From the human T2T-CHM13v2.0 reference genome, Homo sapiens: a stretch of 64,000 nucleotides of DNA. Made by a program: the position numbers and the translations under genes. Shown here in pieces: positions 1-15,490 of this stretch (the first letter of the stretch is position 1; each line of letters opens with the position of its first letter). The stretch lies in NCBI RefSeq assembly GCF_009914755.1, contig NC_060932.1; one strand, written 5' to 3'. The notes under the pieces were generated by a model that made no database searches, was not told the DNA's origin, and saw only the letters and a program-made list of their open reading frames with translations.

Positions 1-126
<126 letters not shown>

Positions 127-1026
127 TAACGTAGCAATTATGTATTTAAGGAACTAATAAAGCTTAGTTGTTGAAAAAAAGAGGTTGTTGTGTTTTATTT
201 TCCATAATTTTGATTAGGTGAACTTGAGGTGCTGATGAAGAGTAGCTGTTGAAGTGTTACATAACAACTTCTCCTTAGTTCAAAGTGAAAATGAACTCAA
301 TAAATAGGAGTCAACGTTAATCTAGGGAATTAAAATTCAATTTGTTTTTAAACATTGCCTATAATTATTATAATACTGAAATTTACATAGAAATATACAT
401 GAACCTTAAATTATTTCCATCCACTTACCTAGTAAATACTGACTTAAGAAATTGCTATGCTGAATTCAGTCAATTATCTCTAGGTCATCTAGTGAGAGCT
501 TAATTATATTTGTGGGGCTTTGACTTTTCAGCACAAACACCATACTCATTTTCCCACATATATTATACCAAGAACATATGGTACAGTGTGTGATTCACTA
601 GCAGAGAGCTGCTTGCAATTGAGATCTGTCAAATGAGGACTTCTCAGACAGCTATGAGGATTCTTTGACTCCTGTTGTTAAAACACATTTTGTAGATTTA
701 AAATATATTCATAGAACCAAGTCTTCTGAGTTTTCATCTTCTAGGACTAGCTTTCGCTGTGTGCCAAGTATTTTTTTTTTTTTTTTTGCTGCTCATTTCA
801 GTAAACCTTCTTGCATCCCCTAAGTTCTCAATGGAATAACACCCGTCCCATCTGTTCCTCTGTCTATCTCCTCTGTAAGTCCCCTCCTATGTTGCCATGG
901 CAACAGTACCTGCTACAACATCATAACGAGTTTACTATATTATACTTCTGTTAGCAAATGCAATACTTGGCTTTCAAAACCATGGCTTTTTATCCTTTTT
1001 ATCCTTCTTTAAGAGATAGTTGGGAA

Positions 1027-1142
1027 AGGTCATGCCTCTAATCCCAACGCTTTGGGAGGCCGAGGGAGGAGGATCACTTGAGCCCAGGAGTTCAAGACCA
1101 GCCTGAGCAACATAGGTAGACCCTTGTCTCTGAAAAAAAAAG
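1027..1142 (+). mobile_element. Alu monomer (FLAM)
   Basis: Left-arm consensus plus A tail. Confidence 0.85.
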
Positions 1143-1549
1143 AAGAGGTAGTTGCCTGGTGAGGCAGCTAGCATTCTCAAGGCTCATCTTCCCACTGTTT
1201 CCTTAGCCCTTGTTCCCACACTTAGGAAGCCAAGAGCTGTAAGCCACTACCATCCCATCTTTCACCCTAGCAGACTCCATCTCCCACCAAAACATCCAGA
1301 AGTGCTTAGGATAGGAAACCACTGGCAGGAAGACTCACACTAGTGGTTCCCTCAAACTACACTGTGCCTCCAATTCCTCCAGGCTGCACATCAACAATAC
1401 ATCCAACTTCATTTTTCTCAGTTCTGATTTAGTAGCTGTGGAGGGGAATCCAGGATTCTTTTCAACAAACTCCTGGGTAAACATTCAACAGAGTTTGAGA
1501 CACAACGGTCTAGATTTTCTAATTCAGGTGCCCCAGCATCTAATAGTTA

Positions 1550-1690
1550 GACAGTGTTTTTCAATGCATAGGACTTTGCTGGGGAAACTGAAAGTGCAGA
1601 TTCCTGAGTCCTGCCTCCTAAGTCAGAATCTGAGCCTGGGATCCAGGGATCTGTATTTTAGCAAGCATGCTGAAGGTGACTCTGATGACA
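1550..1690. mobile_element. MER5A-like hAT DNA transposon fragment
   Basis: gcagattcctg...tcagaatct...ctgtattttagcaag...ggtgactctgatg. Confidence 0.6.
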
Positions 1691-2233
1691 CCAGAGAGAC
1701 CAATCAGGGCTGGATCCATATCCCAGCTCTTCCACCTAAGTAGCCATAAGCATATATATATATTTTTTTTGACCTGGTGATAATATCTACCTTATGAAGG
1801 GATTGTGCACAGTAAACAGAAGCCATGCATTTTTTACTGTTTCTGAATAAGGCATGATACAGCTAGAGGAGATGTTTAAGAGTAAGACAAAAAATACCAC
1901 AATCTGGCCATCATTTCTGAGTCATGATGGAGTCTTTCTAAGGACAGACAACCAGGGGTAACTTTTTCCAACCCAAAAGTCATGCTATAAAACTCCAACA
2001 CAGTTTCGATAGACAGAACAGAGGGCCACAGAAATAAAGATACAATTTTGATCATTTCAAAAATCTATTGATCCATGCATATTTCTGTATTTCATCAAAA
2101 TCTGGACACTATAGAATGTGTCACATACACTTAGTTCCAGAAAGGAGGAGAGCCACTGCCTTGGAGAATGGTGCTTGGACAAGCTTTCTTCCTCTCTGGG
2201 TACATTCCACCAGCAGAATATTTCCTGGACTTA

Positions 2234-2575
<342 letters not shown>

Positions 2576-2652
2576 GAATAGGATGAACACTTAACACTTC
2601 TCTCCACCTGAGATTAGTCAAGTTAAAAATCCATTTTAAGAATGCTATTATA

Positions 2653-2982
<330 letters not shown>

Positions 2983-3339
2983 TTATAATTGAGGATGAGA
3001 ATTACATCCCACAATTTGCACTGGCTAATTCAGAGACTTTGGGATGCAAAATCAAGGTTATAGTCCAGCTTATCTGTATCTGAAATTAGGGGAGAAGTAA
3101 AGCATAATATTCTGCTTCATGTTTCCAATTTCAGGGTGACAGGGTCCTGTTCAGTTGAAGGCTGCTGTGCATTTCTAAATGGCCCTCAGAAAATAAACAA
3201 CTCACAGAAAAGAACTCCCTGAAAGTGGCAGTGGTGACTTTAAATGCCCATGACCCTTCACACTGATCAGCCTTCTCAACTTGAGGTGTGTGGAGACAGG
3301 GATCCTGGTATTGAGAGTAACACTATGAAGACAATTAAA

Positions 3340-3650
3340 TAATTGGAAAATAAAACCTTTTGGGAAAGTCTAAAGGAAATAAGATATTTAGCCTGGAGAA
3401 GAGAAGGCTGAGGAATGACCTAATTATAGGCTTCAAGTACATGAAGAATTAATCTACAGCAGATGGTGACCAGCTGTTTTCAATTCCCATTGAATACAGT
3501 ACAACAGAAAATTGGCTTAAAGGGTAATATAAAGGATTTAGGATAGATAAAAGAAGGAATTTACTGGTTTTTGAGGGTCACCAAGGTTAAGAGGAGATCG
3601 ACTCTATTACTTAGGGAGGTGACAGTCACTCCTTTTCTGAGGTTTCCTGG
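3340..3650 (+). mobile_element. CR1/L3 LINE 3' fragment
   Basis: Translates IFSLEKRRLRNDLIIGFKYMK, the conserved CR1 ORF2 C-terminal motif. Confidence 0.75.
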
Positions 3651-4007
3651 TTTGGATTGGTTTGTTCAAGTGCATTGAGGGGGAAAGAGCTTTATTCTGG
3701 GGTGGTGAAGGCCAGCTCAGTCCAATGGCTATTCATTACACCTGCGTGTTTTAGCCATTTGGCTTCTCATTATTGTATTTTTGTTTTCCATAAGTCATCA
3801 TGAACACACTGAGTGGCATTACCAAGTGCAAAATGTGTGCTGGGCATGATGAAAGAAAACTATATAAATTTCACTTTTTAGCCTTCAAGCCTTTGCCATT
3901 TGACAATTATAAGCATTTATTGAGTGCCCTGGGAGTGCCAGCCACTACTTCAGTCATAGGGGGATACTCAGATGAATAAGATATGGTTGTTAGCAACAAC
4001 TGTGGAG

Positions 4008-4060
4008 TGTGTGTGTGTGTGTGTATGTGTGTGTGTGAAAGAGAGACAGAGGAGAGAGAG
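4008..4060. repeat. (TG)n then (GA)n microsatellite
   Basis: Read directly from the sequence. Confidence 0.9.
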
Positions 4061-5634
4061 TTGGGGAGGTAGCAAGAAAGATAATGCCATAATCAATTGA
4101 GGAACTTAAAAACATACACACCTAGCCCCTCCCTCCAGAGACTCTAATCTACCTGGAGTGGTATGACATTCGGATACATCCTGCCAAATCATAATTATCA
4201 CCTGCAAGTTGAAAACACCTATTATTTTACCCCAAAGTATAATGAGAAATACATTTTAAATTGTGATCACATGCACATGCACACATATACACATACACAT
4301 GTACACATTCATTCATATGCACACATGACTGATAAAAGATTTCACAGAACAGTACTCTACTACTACTTTTTTATTTTATATCCTGTTCTATTTTTTAATG
4401 CTGGTCACCCCACTACACTGATTTTACAATCCTCTAATTGGTCATAACCAAGCATTTAAAAAACACCACTGTGGGGGAAGGTGGCAGCTTTGTTCTAGGC
4501 CTAAAGGAAAAAAACACGTATTTTCATGCCTCGGTCACAGGGCAAAAAGTAGGTGTGAGTTAAGGTTAACAAAATAGGCCAAGAGTTGTTCATTCATCCT
4601 AGTCCTTAAACTAAAAGGGTGAAAAATAATCCTGGAGGTTTATGTGTGCTCTATCCCAAGTCACCAAGGTACAAGAGACGGCAACAAAAGCCCTCATTGA
4701 TGATAAACACGTTTGCTGGGATTGTCCTCTGTGCTCCGCGAATCCATCAGGGTGCTTGGGGTGATGAGAGTTGACCGGTGAAGGTTACAGGGGCCCAGGG
4801 TTCTAACAATTATGCATTTCAGACACATTAGAAGTCAAGAAGACACCAAGCACAGAGGGAACCCCATCATTTGGAGAAGGGAATATTGAGTTCCAATCCC
4901 AGCTATGCCACTAATTAGTTCAGTGAATCCAAGCAGGTCACTTAATGTCTCATGACACAAAGCAGCAGAATCAGCTGCAAATGACTGCAGGCCTTGCCAG
5001 CCCCTGTGAGTGCCACAAATCAAAGGTCATTCTCCCTCAGCATAGAGAGAAGAGAGGACTGCAGGGCTATCAGTCACCTCGACCTGAAATAATGACACTG
5101 TCGGTCAGCATTTTCTCTTGATACCTGAGGAGCCCTCTCTAAAATCATGACTGAGGGCTGAGCGTAGAGGTTTTTGTAATGGAGGCAACAGCAAACGTTA
5201 GGTTGCAAGGGCTACCTGGTTATCCATCAATGAGTTGCAGATGAAGAATATGAGCCTCCATATCTTCATTTGTAAAATGGAGACAATCATACCCGTAATA
5301 ACAGGAGCAGATTCTGGCTCAGGGCTGGGCCGTGAGTCACACGAGGGCCAGCGTGGGTGACGTCAAAGCCTCTGCTTTGTTTCACTACACCTGCTGAAGG
5401 ACACCTGGTGTATCACAGTGGAGAAGAACAGGCTGTGGAGGCTGAGCAATCCAACAGGGAGAAAAATACACACATGCACACACACGTGTGTATTCAGATT
5501 AGATCATACACTCAAACAAATCTTGACCCCCACTCAGGACACTCACAGGTTTACCGAAGGAGGCAGAAGTGAAAATAAACAATCAAAACAAAGCATCTTG
5601 CAGGCTATGACGGAAATCAGGTCAATAAAAATGA

Positions 5635-5775
5635 GGCCGGGCATGGTGGCTCATGCCTGTAATCCTAACACTTTGGGAGTCTGAGGCGGGAGGATCTCTT
5701 GAGCCTAGGAGTTAGAGACCAGCCTTGGCAACACAGCAGGACCCCATCTCTACAAATAATAATAATAATTAAAAA
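5635..5775 (+). mobile_element. Alu monomer (FLAM)
   Basis: Left arm plus (AAT)n tail. Confidence 0.85.
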
Positions 5776-6181
5776 GGGAGCATCTGCATCTCTAACCACA
5801 ATTTCCTATGTGTCCAGTTCACTTCTAGCACTGGTTCTCATTTGGAGGTTGCACTGCACCTTTCCCGCAAGGGGGTATCAATGCATTGCATGATTTTGAT
5901 CGTTAGATGACAAGGAGGTGTTGCTGGCATGTCCCATGGCCACTGTGGAGTTTACATTCTAGTCAGAGAGGTAGAAAATAGACCAGTAAGCAAATGAGTA
6001 AACAATACAACATTGGACCGTGGGAAGTGCTTTGAACAATAATGAAGTAGGGTACGGATCAGAGAATGACTTGGGAGAGTGGTGGCTATTTTACTCAGTA
6101 GGATGGTCATAGAAAGTCTCTCTCTCATTTGAGTGAAGACCTGCAGTAAGAGAGTGAATCACGTAAGAGGCAGTGAGAAGG

Positions 6182-6468
6182 GCCAGGCGCGGTGGCTCAT
6201 GCCTGTAATCCCAGCACTTTGGGAGGCCAAGGTGGGAGGATCACTTGAGCTCAGGGGTTAGAGACCAGCCCAGGCAACACAGGGAGACTACGTCTCTACT
6301 AATAATTTTAAAAAAGTAGCCAGGGCTGGGGGTAGTGCATGCCTGTAGTTACAGCTATTTAGGAGGCTGAAGTGAGAGAATCACTTAGACCCCAGGAGGT
6401 TGAGGCTGCAGTAAGCTGAGATGGCACCACTGTACTCCAGCCTGGGTGACAGAGGGAGATCCTGTCTC

Positions 6469-6496
<28 letters not shown>
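6182..6496 (+). mobile_element. AluJ
   Basis: Full dimer flanked by the cagtgagaag repeat. Confidence 0.9.
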
Positions 6497-6499
<3 letters not shown>

Positions 6500-6751
6500 G
6501 TGAGAAGAACATGTCAGGCAAAAGGAACAGCTGTCTGAGTCCAGAGTGTGCTTGGCAGGCTGTAGGCACAACATGGGGGCTAGAGAGCAGTTGAGCAATA
6601 GGAAAATGGCAGAAGTGAACATGGAGAGTGAGCTACGAGTTGATCATGTAGAACATTATTGTTCCGGGCAACCAATCATGACTTTGAATTTGATACTAAA
6701 TATGATGGAAAGTTATTAGACAATGTTGAGCAGGGAGTGACATGATCTAAC

Positions 6752-7040
6752 TTTTTTTTTTTAAGAGACAAGGTCTCACTCTGCTGCCCAGGCTGGAGCA
6801 CAGTGGTATAATCTCACTGCAGCCTCATACTCCTGGTTAAGCAATCCTCCTGCCTCAGCTTTCCAAGTAGCTGGAACTACAAGTGTGAACCACCAAACAT
6901 GGCTAATTTTTTTTTTAATTTGTAGAGATAGGGTCTTGCTATCTTGCCCACGCTGGTCTCAAATTCCTGGCCTCAAGTGATCCCTTGGCTTCTGCCTCCC
7001 CAAGTGTTGGGATGATAGGCGTGAGCCACTATGCCTGGCC
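6752..7040 (-). mobile_element. AluJ
   Basis: Full dimer. Confidence 0.88.
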
Positions 7041-7639
7041 TGACTAATATTTTTTAAAAAGCATTCTTTGGAAACGAAACTGAAAGGCCATGGATAGAAG
7101 AAGGGAAACCAAATTTAAAATCCAAAGTGAGCAACCAATTGGCCAAATACGTGTCATATGGCTGCACCGCAGCTGCCAGGGATGGAGAAAATGGCACATG
7201 TCCGTAACACTGTAGGCTCAAAGGCTTTGGTGACTGGATGAGGCAGTAAAGAGAGGGAGAAGTGGAGGCCGACAGCCAGGTCTCTGGCATCTGTGCCTAG
7301 GTAGATGACGACACTAATTATTCACCAATGTCAGAAACACAGAAGGCAGAGCTGTTCTGAGGGGGAAACGTGTGAAGTTCCATTTGAGTCATGCAAGAAC
7401 ATCCAGAAGGGAGCTGATGATACATGTCTACAGCTCAGGGGTGTGGCCTAAGTGAGCGATAAAGATGCAGAGTCATTGTGTTTGGGTGGGAATTACAGTG
7501 GTCAAAGTGAAGGAGACCTACTAGAGAGAGTGTAGAAAGATGAGAGAGAAGAATTCTGAGATCAGATGCCAGAAAACACCAGGGTTTAAGAGGTACACAA
7601 AGGAAAAGTATAAGCAAAGGAAATGAGAAGAAATAGTCA

Positions 7640-8186
<547 letters not shown>

Positions 8187-8474
8187 TCATGGCCCAACAT
8201 TATACCTGACTTGTGGTGACACTAAATAAAAATGTGTTTAATTACCAAATAGATGACTGAGCTGCAAACAGGCAATTATTCATGATCTCTGTCAGAGCAT
8301 TTAGAGTGGAACAGTGAGAACAAGTCTAATCACAATTAGCTGAAGTGTAAATGAGAAATGAGAAAAGGACGAAATCAGGCATATAACTTTCTTCAAAGAA
8401 GGGTAAGTAATTACAAGGTACTCTAGGGTTTAGTTTGAGAGAGAGACAGAGTTGGCAGGAGTTGAGGCCAACTA

Positions 8475-9092
8475 TGTAGGTTAGGGGGACCAGTCCCCAC
8501 AGGTTGCCATCCTTGCTTCTGATACCAAGTACGAGTAAGGGGGATTCCCAAACTGCCCTTAGTTTTGATAACTCACTAAAATGACTCTCAGAGCCCACTG
8601 AAAGCTGTTATATTCAGGGCTACAGCTTATTGTAATGAAAGGATACACAATAAAATCAGCCAAGGAAAGAGGTCCAGACACTGAGTTTCCAGCTGTCCTC
8701 CCCTTGTGGAGACATGAACAGTATGATCTTCTCCCAGAGTTGATGTGTGACAATATGCAGAGTACCGCCAACCAGAGAAGCTTGCCCAGCCACTGATGTC
8801 CAGAGTTTTGCTGGGGATCCTTCACACTGCCCATGTGGCTGACCTTCAGTCCAGCCCTTTTCAGAAGTCAAGCTATTGCCTTTAGTCCCCAGTCCCTGTT
8901 GGAGACAAAACATACATCGTGGCCCAAAGCCACCATCATAAATCACATTGTTAGACTGTCTGGTGGCTAAAGCCCCCAGGCAAACAAAGATACTCCCATC
9001 AGGCAGAATATTCTGAAGGTCTAAAGATCACAGCCAAGTACTTGAGGGCAAAGGCCAGACCCCTCTTTGGGTAAAGTTAATTCTTCACTACA
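8475..9092 (-). mobile_element. MER21-like LTR
   Basis: TGTAG...CTACA termini and MER21-type internal motifs. Confidence 0.65.
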
Positions 9093-10176
9093 CCCAAGGT
9101 ACTATGTTGATAAAGAAGAAGGATAGAAAGCTTGAAAGGAATACAGTTTTAAATAGTAGTATATAGGAAGCAAAAAGGTGGTCAATGACAAAGAGCACTG
9201 CATAATAATGGAAGGTGGCCAGTTGAGATGATTTGCCTTGGTCAAGAAAGAGTACTGATATGACTGCTGTTCAGACTAGGTGCTTCTCATAACACAGCCA
9301 AAAAGCTGTGCATTGCATTTTCATAGACCATGAAATAAATGACTTTTTCTGGAGTAGTACCACACAGCATTGCTGGTGCCTTAGGTGGCTCCCACAACAG
9401 AATACTACCTATTTCATGAGTATGCCTGCTCCCTAAGTACAACTAATCATAGGAAGCATGATTTACGTTTGCCTACTGTAAATGTCAAGTTTGGCCAGTT
9501 CGGATGGACTCTCCTAAATCATACCAACAGAGGCTGAGTCAAATCAATAAACATTTCTTAAGAACCTACCAAGAGTAATCCATTATGCTAGGCTCTGATT
9601 ACAAAGGTGAAAATTATAGAATAGCTACCCTCAACTAGTTCACTAGTGAGGAAGATAGCACATGAACAACTTGGGATTTTATAAAGAAAGCACAACATTT
9701 AACTTCTTTTAAAAAACTTACTATGGAATGAGGCATAGGTGATGAGATTCAGGAAGACATTTCAAAGATTTATTCACCACCATAGACCCAGCTCCCAGCA
9801 ACAACTGGCACATTCCAGGCACAAAATAATTTAAATATATACACATATCCAAAATACAAGTAAAATGGTCTTTATTTATATATAACATGATTGTGTACCT
9901 AGACAACCCAAAATAATCAAAACTGAACTAATAAGGGAATTTAGCAAAGTCACAGGATGTAGGGCCAATATTTTAAAGTCTACTGAATTTTGCTCTGGTG
10001 CAGTAGCTCACACCTGTAATTCCAGCACTTTGGGAAGCTGGGACAGACTTGAGCCCAGGAGTTTGAGATCAGCCTGGGAAACATAATGAGATCCTGTCTC
10101 TATTTATTTTTTAAAAATCTATTGCACTTCTATATACTTTTCACAATAATTTGAAAATTATGTAGAAATATATTTG

Positions 10177-10516
<340 letters not shown>

Positions 10517-11481
10517 TTAGGAATAAATTGTTTAAGCAATATGCAAAATTGTTTACATTGAAAACATTGCCAAGAGATATACCATATTCATGGACTGGAA
10601 ACTCAATATTGTTAAGATACCAACCATCAGGTCTGGTAGCTCATGCCTGTAATCCCAGCAGTTTAGCAGGCCAAGGCAGGAAAATCACTTGAGGCAAGGA
10701 GTTCAAGACCTGCCTAGGCAACAGAGCAAGACCCCACCTCTATAAAACAACAAAAACAACAGCAACAAAAACACCCAAAATGCTAGAATTATAGGTGTGA
10801 GCCACTGCACCTGCAAAAAAAATTTTCAAATAAAAAATTTAAAAAGATACCTACTCTGTACAAACTCATTTATGGACTCAACAAAATCTCCATCAAAACA
10901 CTGGTAGGCTTTTTTGTATTAATTGATAAGCTGACTCTAAAATTTGTATGGCAATGGAAAGCCAAAACCTAGAATAGCCAAAACCATTTTAAAGAAGGAC
11001 AAAATCGGAGTAGTTCAAGAGTTACTCTAAAGCCCCAGTAACTCAACAGTTTAATATTGGAGTACAGAGAAATCAATCAATCAATGAAACCGAAAAGAAA
11101 GTTCAGAAATAGATTGTCACTTGATACTTGACAAAGGTGTCAATACAAAGCAATAGGTTAAGGAAGGAGTTTTCAGTGAATGGAATGGGAGCAACTGAAT
11201 ATCTATAAGAAAAATAAATGAACCTTTGATGCCTACCTGCCATTACACACAAAAATTGAATTGAGATGGATCATAGACCTAAAGTTGAAAGGTAAAACTC
11301 TAAAGTTTCCAGAGCAAAGCATAGGAGACTATCTACACAACTCTGGGGCAGACAAAGATAACTTGGACAAGACACAAAGGCATTGCCATATAAGCAAAAA
11401 CTGTATATTGGATTTCATAAAAATTAAAAATCTCTCATCAAAAGACACCATTAAGAAAATGAAATGGCAAGCCACATAGAT

Positions 11482-12153
11482 TGTTATGGCCTGAATGTTT
11501 GCGTCCCTCCAAATGTATATGTTGAAGCCTCAACCTCTAATGTGATGGTTGGTTTGGAGTTGGGGCCTCTGAGAAATAATTAAATTTTAGATGAGGTCAT
11601 GAGGGTCATGCCCTGATAATGGGATTAGTACCCTAGGAAGAAGAGGAAGAGTAGGCACAGTGGTTTGCTCTTGTAATCTCAGCTACTTGGGAGGCTGACA
11701 CAGAGGATCACATGAGGCCAAAAGTTTGAGACCAGCTTGGGCAACTGAGCAAGACCCCATCTCTAAAGAAATATAAACAATTACCTAGGCATGGGGGCAC
11801 AGAGCTGTAGTCTTAGCTACTCAGGAGTTTGAGGCAGAGGATCACTTGAGCCCAGGAGTTTGATCATGCCACTGCACTCCAGCCTGGGTGACAGAGTGAG
11901 ATCCTATCTCTAAAAAAAAAAAAAAAAAGAAGAGATATGAGTGCTCTCTTGCTCTCTCCCTCTCTCTCTTTCTCTCTCTCTCCAAGTACAGACACAAAGA
12001 AAAGGCCATGTGAGCACACAATGAGAAAGTAGCTGTCTATAAGCCAGGAAATAGGCCTGTACCAGGCGCTGAATCTTCTGGCACCTTGATCTTAGACTTC
12101 TCAGCCCCCAGCCCAGGCTATGGTATCTTGTTATAGCAACCTGAGCTAAGACA
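11482..12153 (+). mobile_element. MLT1A/MST-type MaLR LTR, containing an AluJ at ~11650-11930
   Basis: tgttatggcctgaatgttt start and gctaagaca end. Confidence 0.72.
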
Positions 12154-13929
12154 GGGCAAAATTGTTTGCAATATAAATATCTAAAAATGAATTCATATTC
12201 AGAATATATAAAGAACTCCTACAAGTCAATGAAAAGAAACCAACAAATCAATAAAATAATGTGCAAAAGTCTAGGCCACACACTGGCTATATATATATCT
12301 GAATGGCCAATAAGCATCGGAAAAGGTGTTCAATAAACTTAATCAACAGGGAAATGCACATTAAGGCCACCATAAGATACCAGTCAGTATACACTCACCA
12401 GAAAGGCTGAAATGTAAAAGATTGAGAATGCCAAGGGTTGGCAAGAATGTGGAGGAACTGGAATTGTCACACATTGTTGATGGGACTGTAAAATATTTTA
12501 AACACTTTGGAAAATGGATAGTTTCTAATAAAGTTAAATATCCACTGACCTCTCTCATGGGCTTATTGGGAAAGCTAAATGCAATAATGGTTCATACTGT
12601 AGTACATTTTCAATAAACATTTATAATAGTAGTAGTACTGGTATCTTGTGCTTGTAAACACCTCCTCTAATGACAACTGAAACTTAAATGACTGCCTGGT
12701 GTTGCTGTTTAACCATGTCATGACAAGTACTGATAGGTTGTACCTGCAGAGTGGGAAATGTGAGGTACTAAGTCAGTCTGAGCTTGGGAAGGCCATTAGG
12801 GAAACTGGAACATCTACATAAATAGAATGGGTAATATGCCTAGAGTTAATCAGTCAATTCACATATAAAGAATACATGTTCTTCTGTTGATCTTGATGAG
12901 GTGTTTTGATGGATATCAAGCATTTAAGTTTTAGAGTATTTTTACTTATCAAGAGTTGTGCATAACAGATACTTGCTCCCTAGGGAATGAAGCAAGGCTT
13001 GAAAATGGGATGAGGGAGTAAAAGCTAGTAATGTTTGGTTTATGTATTAGTCAAGAAAAGAGTCACTGCCAAATTTTGATACATTCAGATGTTCTCCGTT
13101 TGAAAATGTCTGCATCAAAGTGTCCTGCTTCCATTCCTCACCACCTACTCTTTGAGGTATCCTAATACGCACTTGTGGAGTCTACAAAGATGAGCAAGCT
13201 TTGTCCTTGCCACAAGGGGGCTTTAAAGTACAGTAAGAAAGGATAGGAAACCATGTGATTAACTACTCCCCTGGAGAATGAAATGAATGTGCAAAGGACC
13301 AACATCACATGTGTTACCAACAGCTCCATCAGCTCAATAAATCAAGAGTTCACCAAAGACACATACAAGTTTCCCAGGGCTTTTGTGAAGGGGAATGTCA
13401 TATACATCTTGTCTTGTCTCAGAAATCTTTGAGGTCACCAACAAGGCTAAGATTTTAATTTTAAGGACTCTAAAAAGTTCCAGAGGCTTCAAGGGGTCCA
13501 TGAATCCCCTGAAACTATATGGAAAAGAGTCACTTTTGAATCTTTATGTGCATTTTTCTAGAAAGAAGATCCATCACTCTCAGTAAGCTCTCATATGGCT
13601 CTGTAACTCAAAAAAGATTTCTCCTAAATTTGTTCTAATTGTAATTTATCTATGACCTGCCATTACTCACTTGAGAGTTTCCTATCACTTCAATCACAAA
13701 AATTGTTATCACAAAGGTGAGCAAAAGGCATTAATCAGATAACTTGATTCTATTTCTTGCAGGCTATGGCTTCAGTGTTCTTAGAAGTCTCTGAGTACTT
13801 CCACGTGGTTCTGATGGGTCACTTTGAAATTGAGCTAGAAATATAAAATTAAATTAACTTTACTCCTAATTGAGCATCTTAACAGTCATAATTAGATTTC
13901 ATTTTATTTTGTAAATGACCTAAGCCATT

Positions 13930-14100
13930 TATTAACCATATGCCTTGAGCTATTTACTTAAACTCTGTGCCTCAATTTCCTCATCTACAAAATGAGAATA
14001 ATAGTAAAATTCACCACAGAGTTATGATGATTAAAAGGGTTAATATTTGCAAAACACTTCGATTAGTACCTGGTACAAAGTAAATGACACAGACGTGATA
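13930..14100 (+). mobile_element. MIR
   Basis: ctctgtgcctcaatttcctcatctacaaaatg core. Confidence 0.75.
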
Positions 14101-14474
14101 AATGAATACCTTTGGATTTATCGTCAAAGCCTATGGATTTACCCCTGTCTGTATTGTGGAATACGTGCAATTGAAGTTCTTGACAAACTCTCGGTGACTC
14201 ATTTCTTATTAAAACCTTAGATGTAAGATTTAGTGTTCAAGGAAGCTTATCTAAAGCATGAACTGTCCATCCATTTTTAAGATATTCTAACTTATGTCTC
14301 TGAGTCAAAATAAGTCTTCCCTGAGACTTATACTTTGCCACATTGTCTTGGCACTTAATAGAATTGCTTTTGGTGAGTTGTGTTGGTCCCATGCTCCTGC
14401 CTTGCCTAGAAAGACCCTTCAATAAGCTGTTATTCTCCCTGTGCATTTGTCGAGGATATCAATGGGATGTTGTT

Positions 14475-14926
14475 CACTCTAGAAGACACTATTGGTACCC
14501 TACCCACAACCCTTTACCATGCTAATGCACCCACCACTTCTGCCCATCCATAGCATCCACGCACATCAACTTGTAACAGCTCAAAGCTATAACTCTTCTC
14601 CAGAAAACTGTTCTCAACTATCAGGAGCCTTGTCATCTGGAGATGTCTGGGAAATTATATACCAGACCCCACTCCAGTGTATAAAGGCACAAAAGCCCAG
14701 GCTTCTTGCCTCAAGACAGGACAACTTCATGGTGCCTTTCAGACTTCAGAGCCGTCCTCATGAGACCAGGTTGTCGTCAGCTGAAACCACATCTTTGCTG
14801 GGATTCTTCCTCTGCTTCATCCTTCTTTCCTCACTTCCTTCCAGGTTTCTCCTGAGAACTCTCCCTCAATTATTTGTGCAAGAAACCCTATTTTAGACTT
14901 CACTTCCAGGAAATCCAACCTAAGAC
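14475..14926 (+). mobile_element. LTR16-like ERVL LTR
   Basis: gcccaggcttcttgcctcaag motif and ccaacctaagaca end. Confidence 0.55.
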
Positions 14927-15019
14927 ATCCATTATATCATATAGTAATATGATATGCTAAGCATGAGGGTGGGTTTTTTTTCTCCCAGGCTTCAGTGCCA
15001 AAAAGCATTGTGTTCCTTA

Positions 15020-15490
15020 GTCTCTCATTCCCCTTCCCTTCTTTCTCTTCCCTTCCTCATCCACCTCTTCCTCTTCATCTCCCCTTGCCTCCTATTCCTC
15101 CTCTTTCCCTCTCCTCCTCTTCTTTCTCCTTACCTCCTCTCCTTCTCCTTTCTTCTTGCTCCTCTCTCCTCCCCCTCCCCTCTTCCTCCTCCCTTCCTCT
15201 CTTCTTGTCTCTTTATTTCTCCTTGCCTCCTATTCCTCCTCCTCCTCTTCTCTCCTCCTTCCTCCCCTCCTCTCCTCCTCTTCACCTTCTCTCTATTCCT
15301 GCTTTCTCCTCCTCTTTCTCTTCCTCCTTCCCTCCTCCCTTCTTTGCTTCCTTATCCACTCCTCCTGTCTTCCTCCTCCTTTCTCCTCCTCCCCTCTCCT
15401 CCCCTTCTTCACCTCCTCTTCTTCCTTCTTACCTTCTCATCCCCTCTTCCTCATCCTCCTCCCTTTCCTCCCCCATCTCTCCTCGTCTTT
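15020..15490. repeat. Pyrimidine-rich low-complexity (TCC/TTC)n tract
   Basis: ~470 bp almost entirely C/T on the + strand. Confidence 0.95.
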
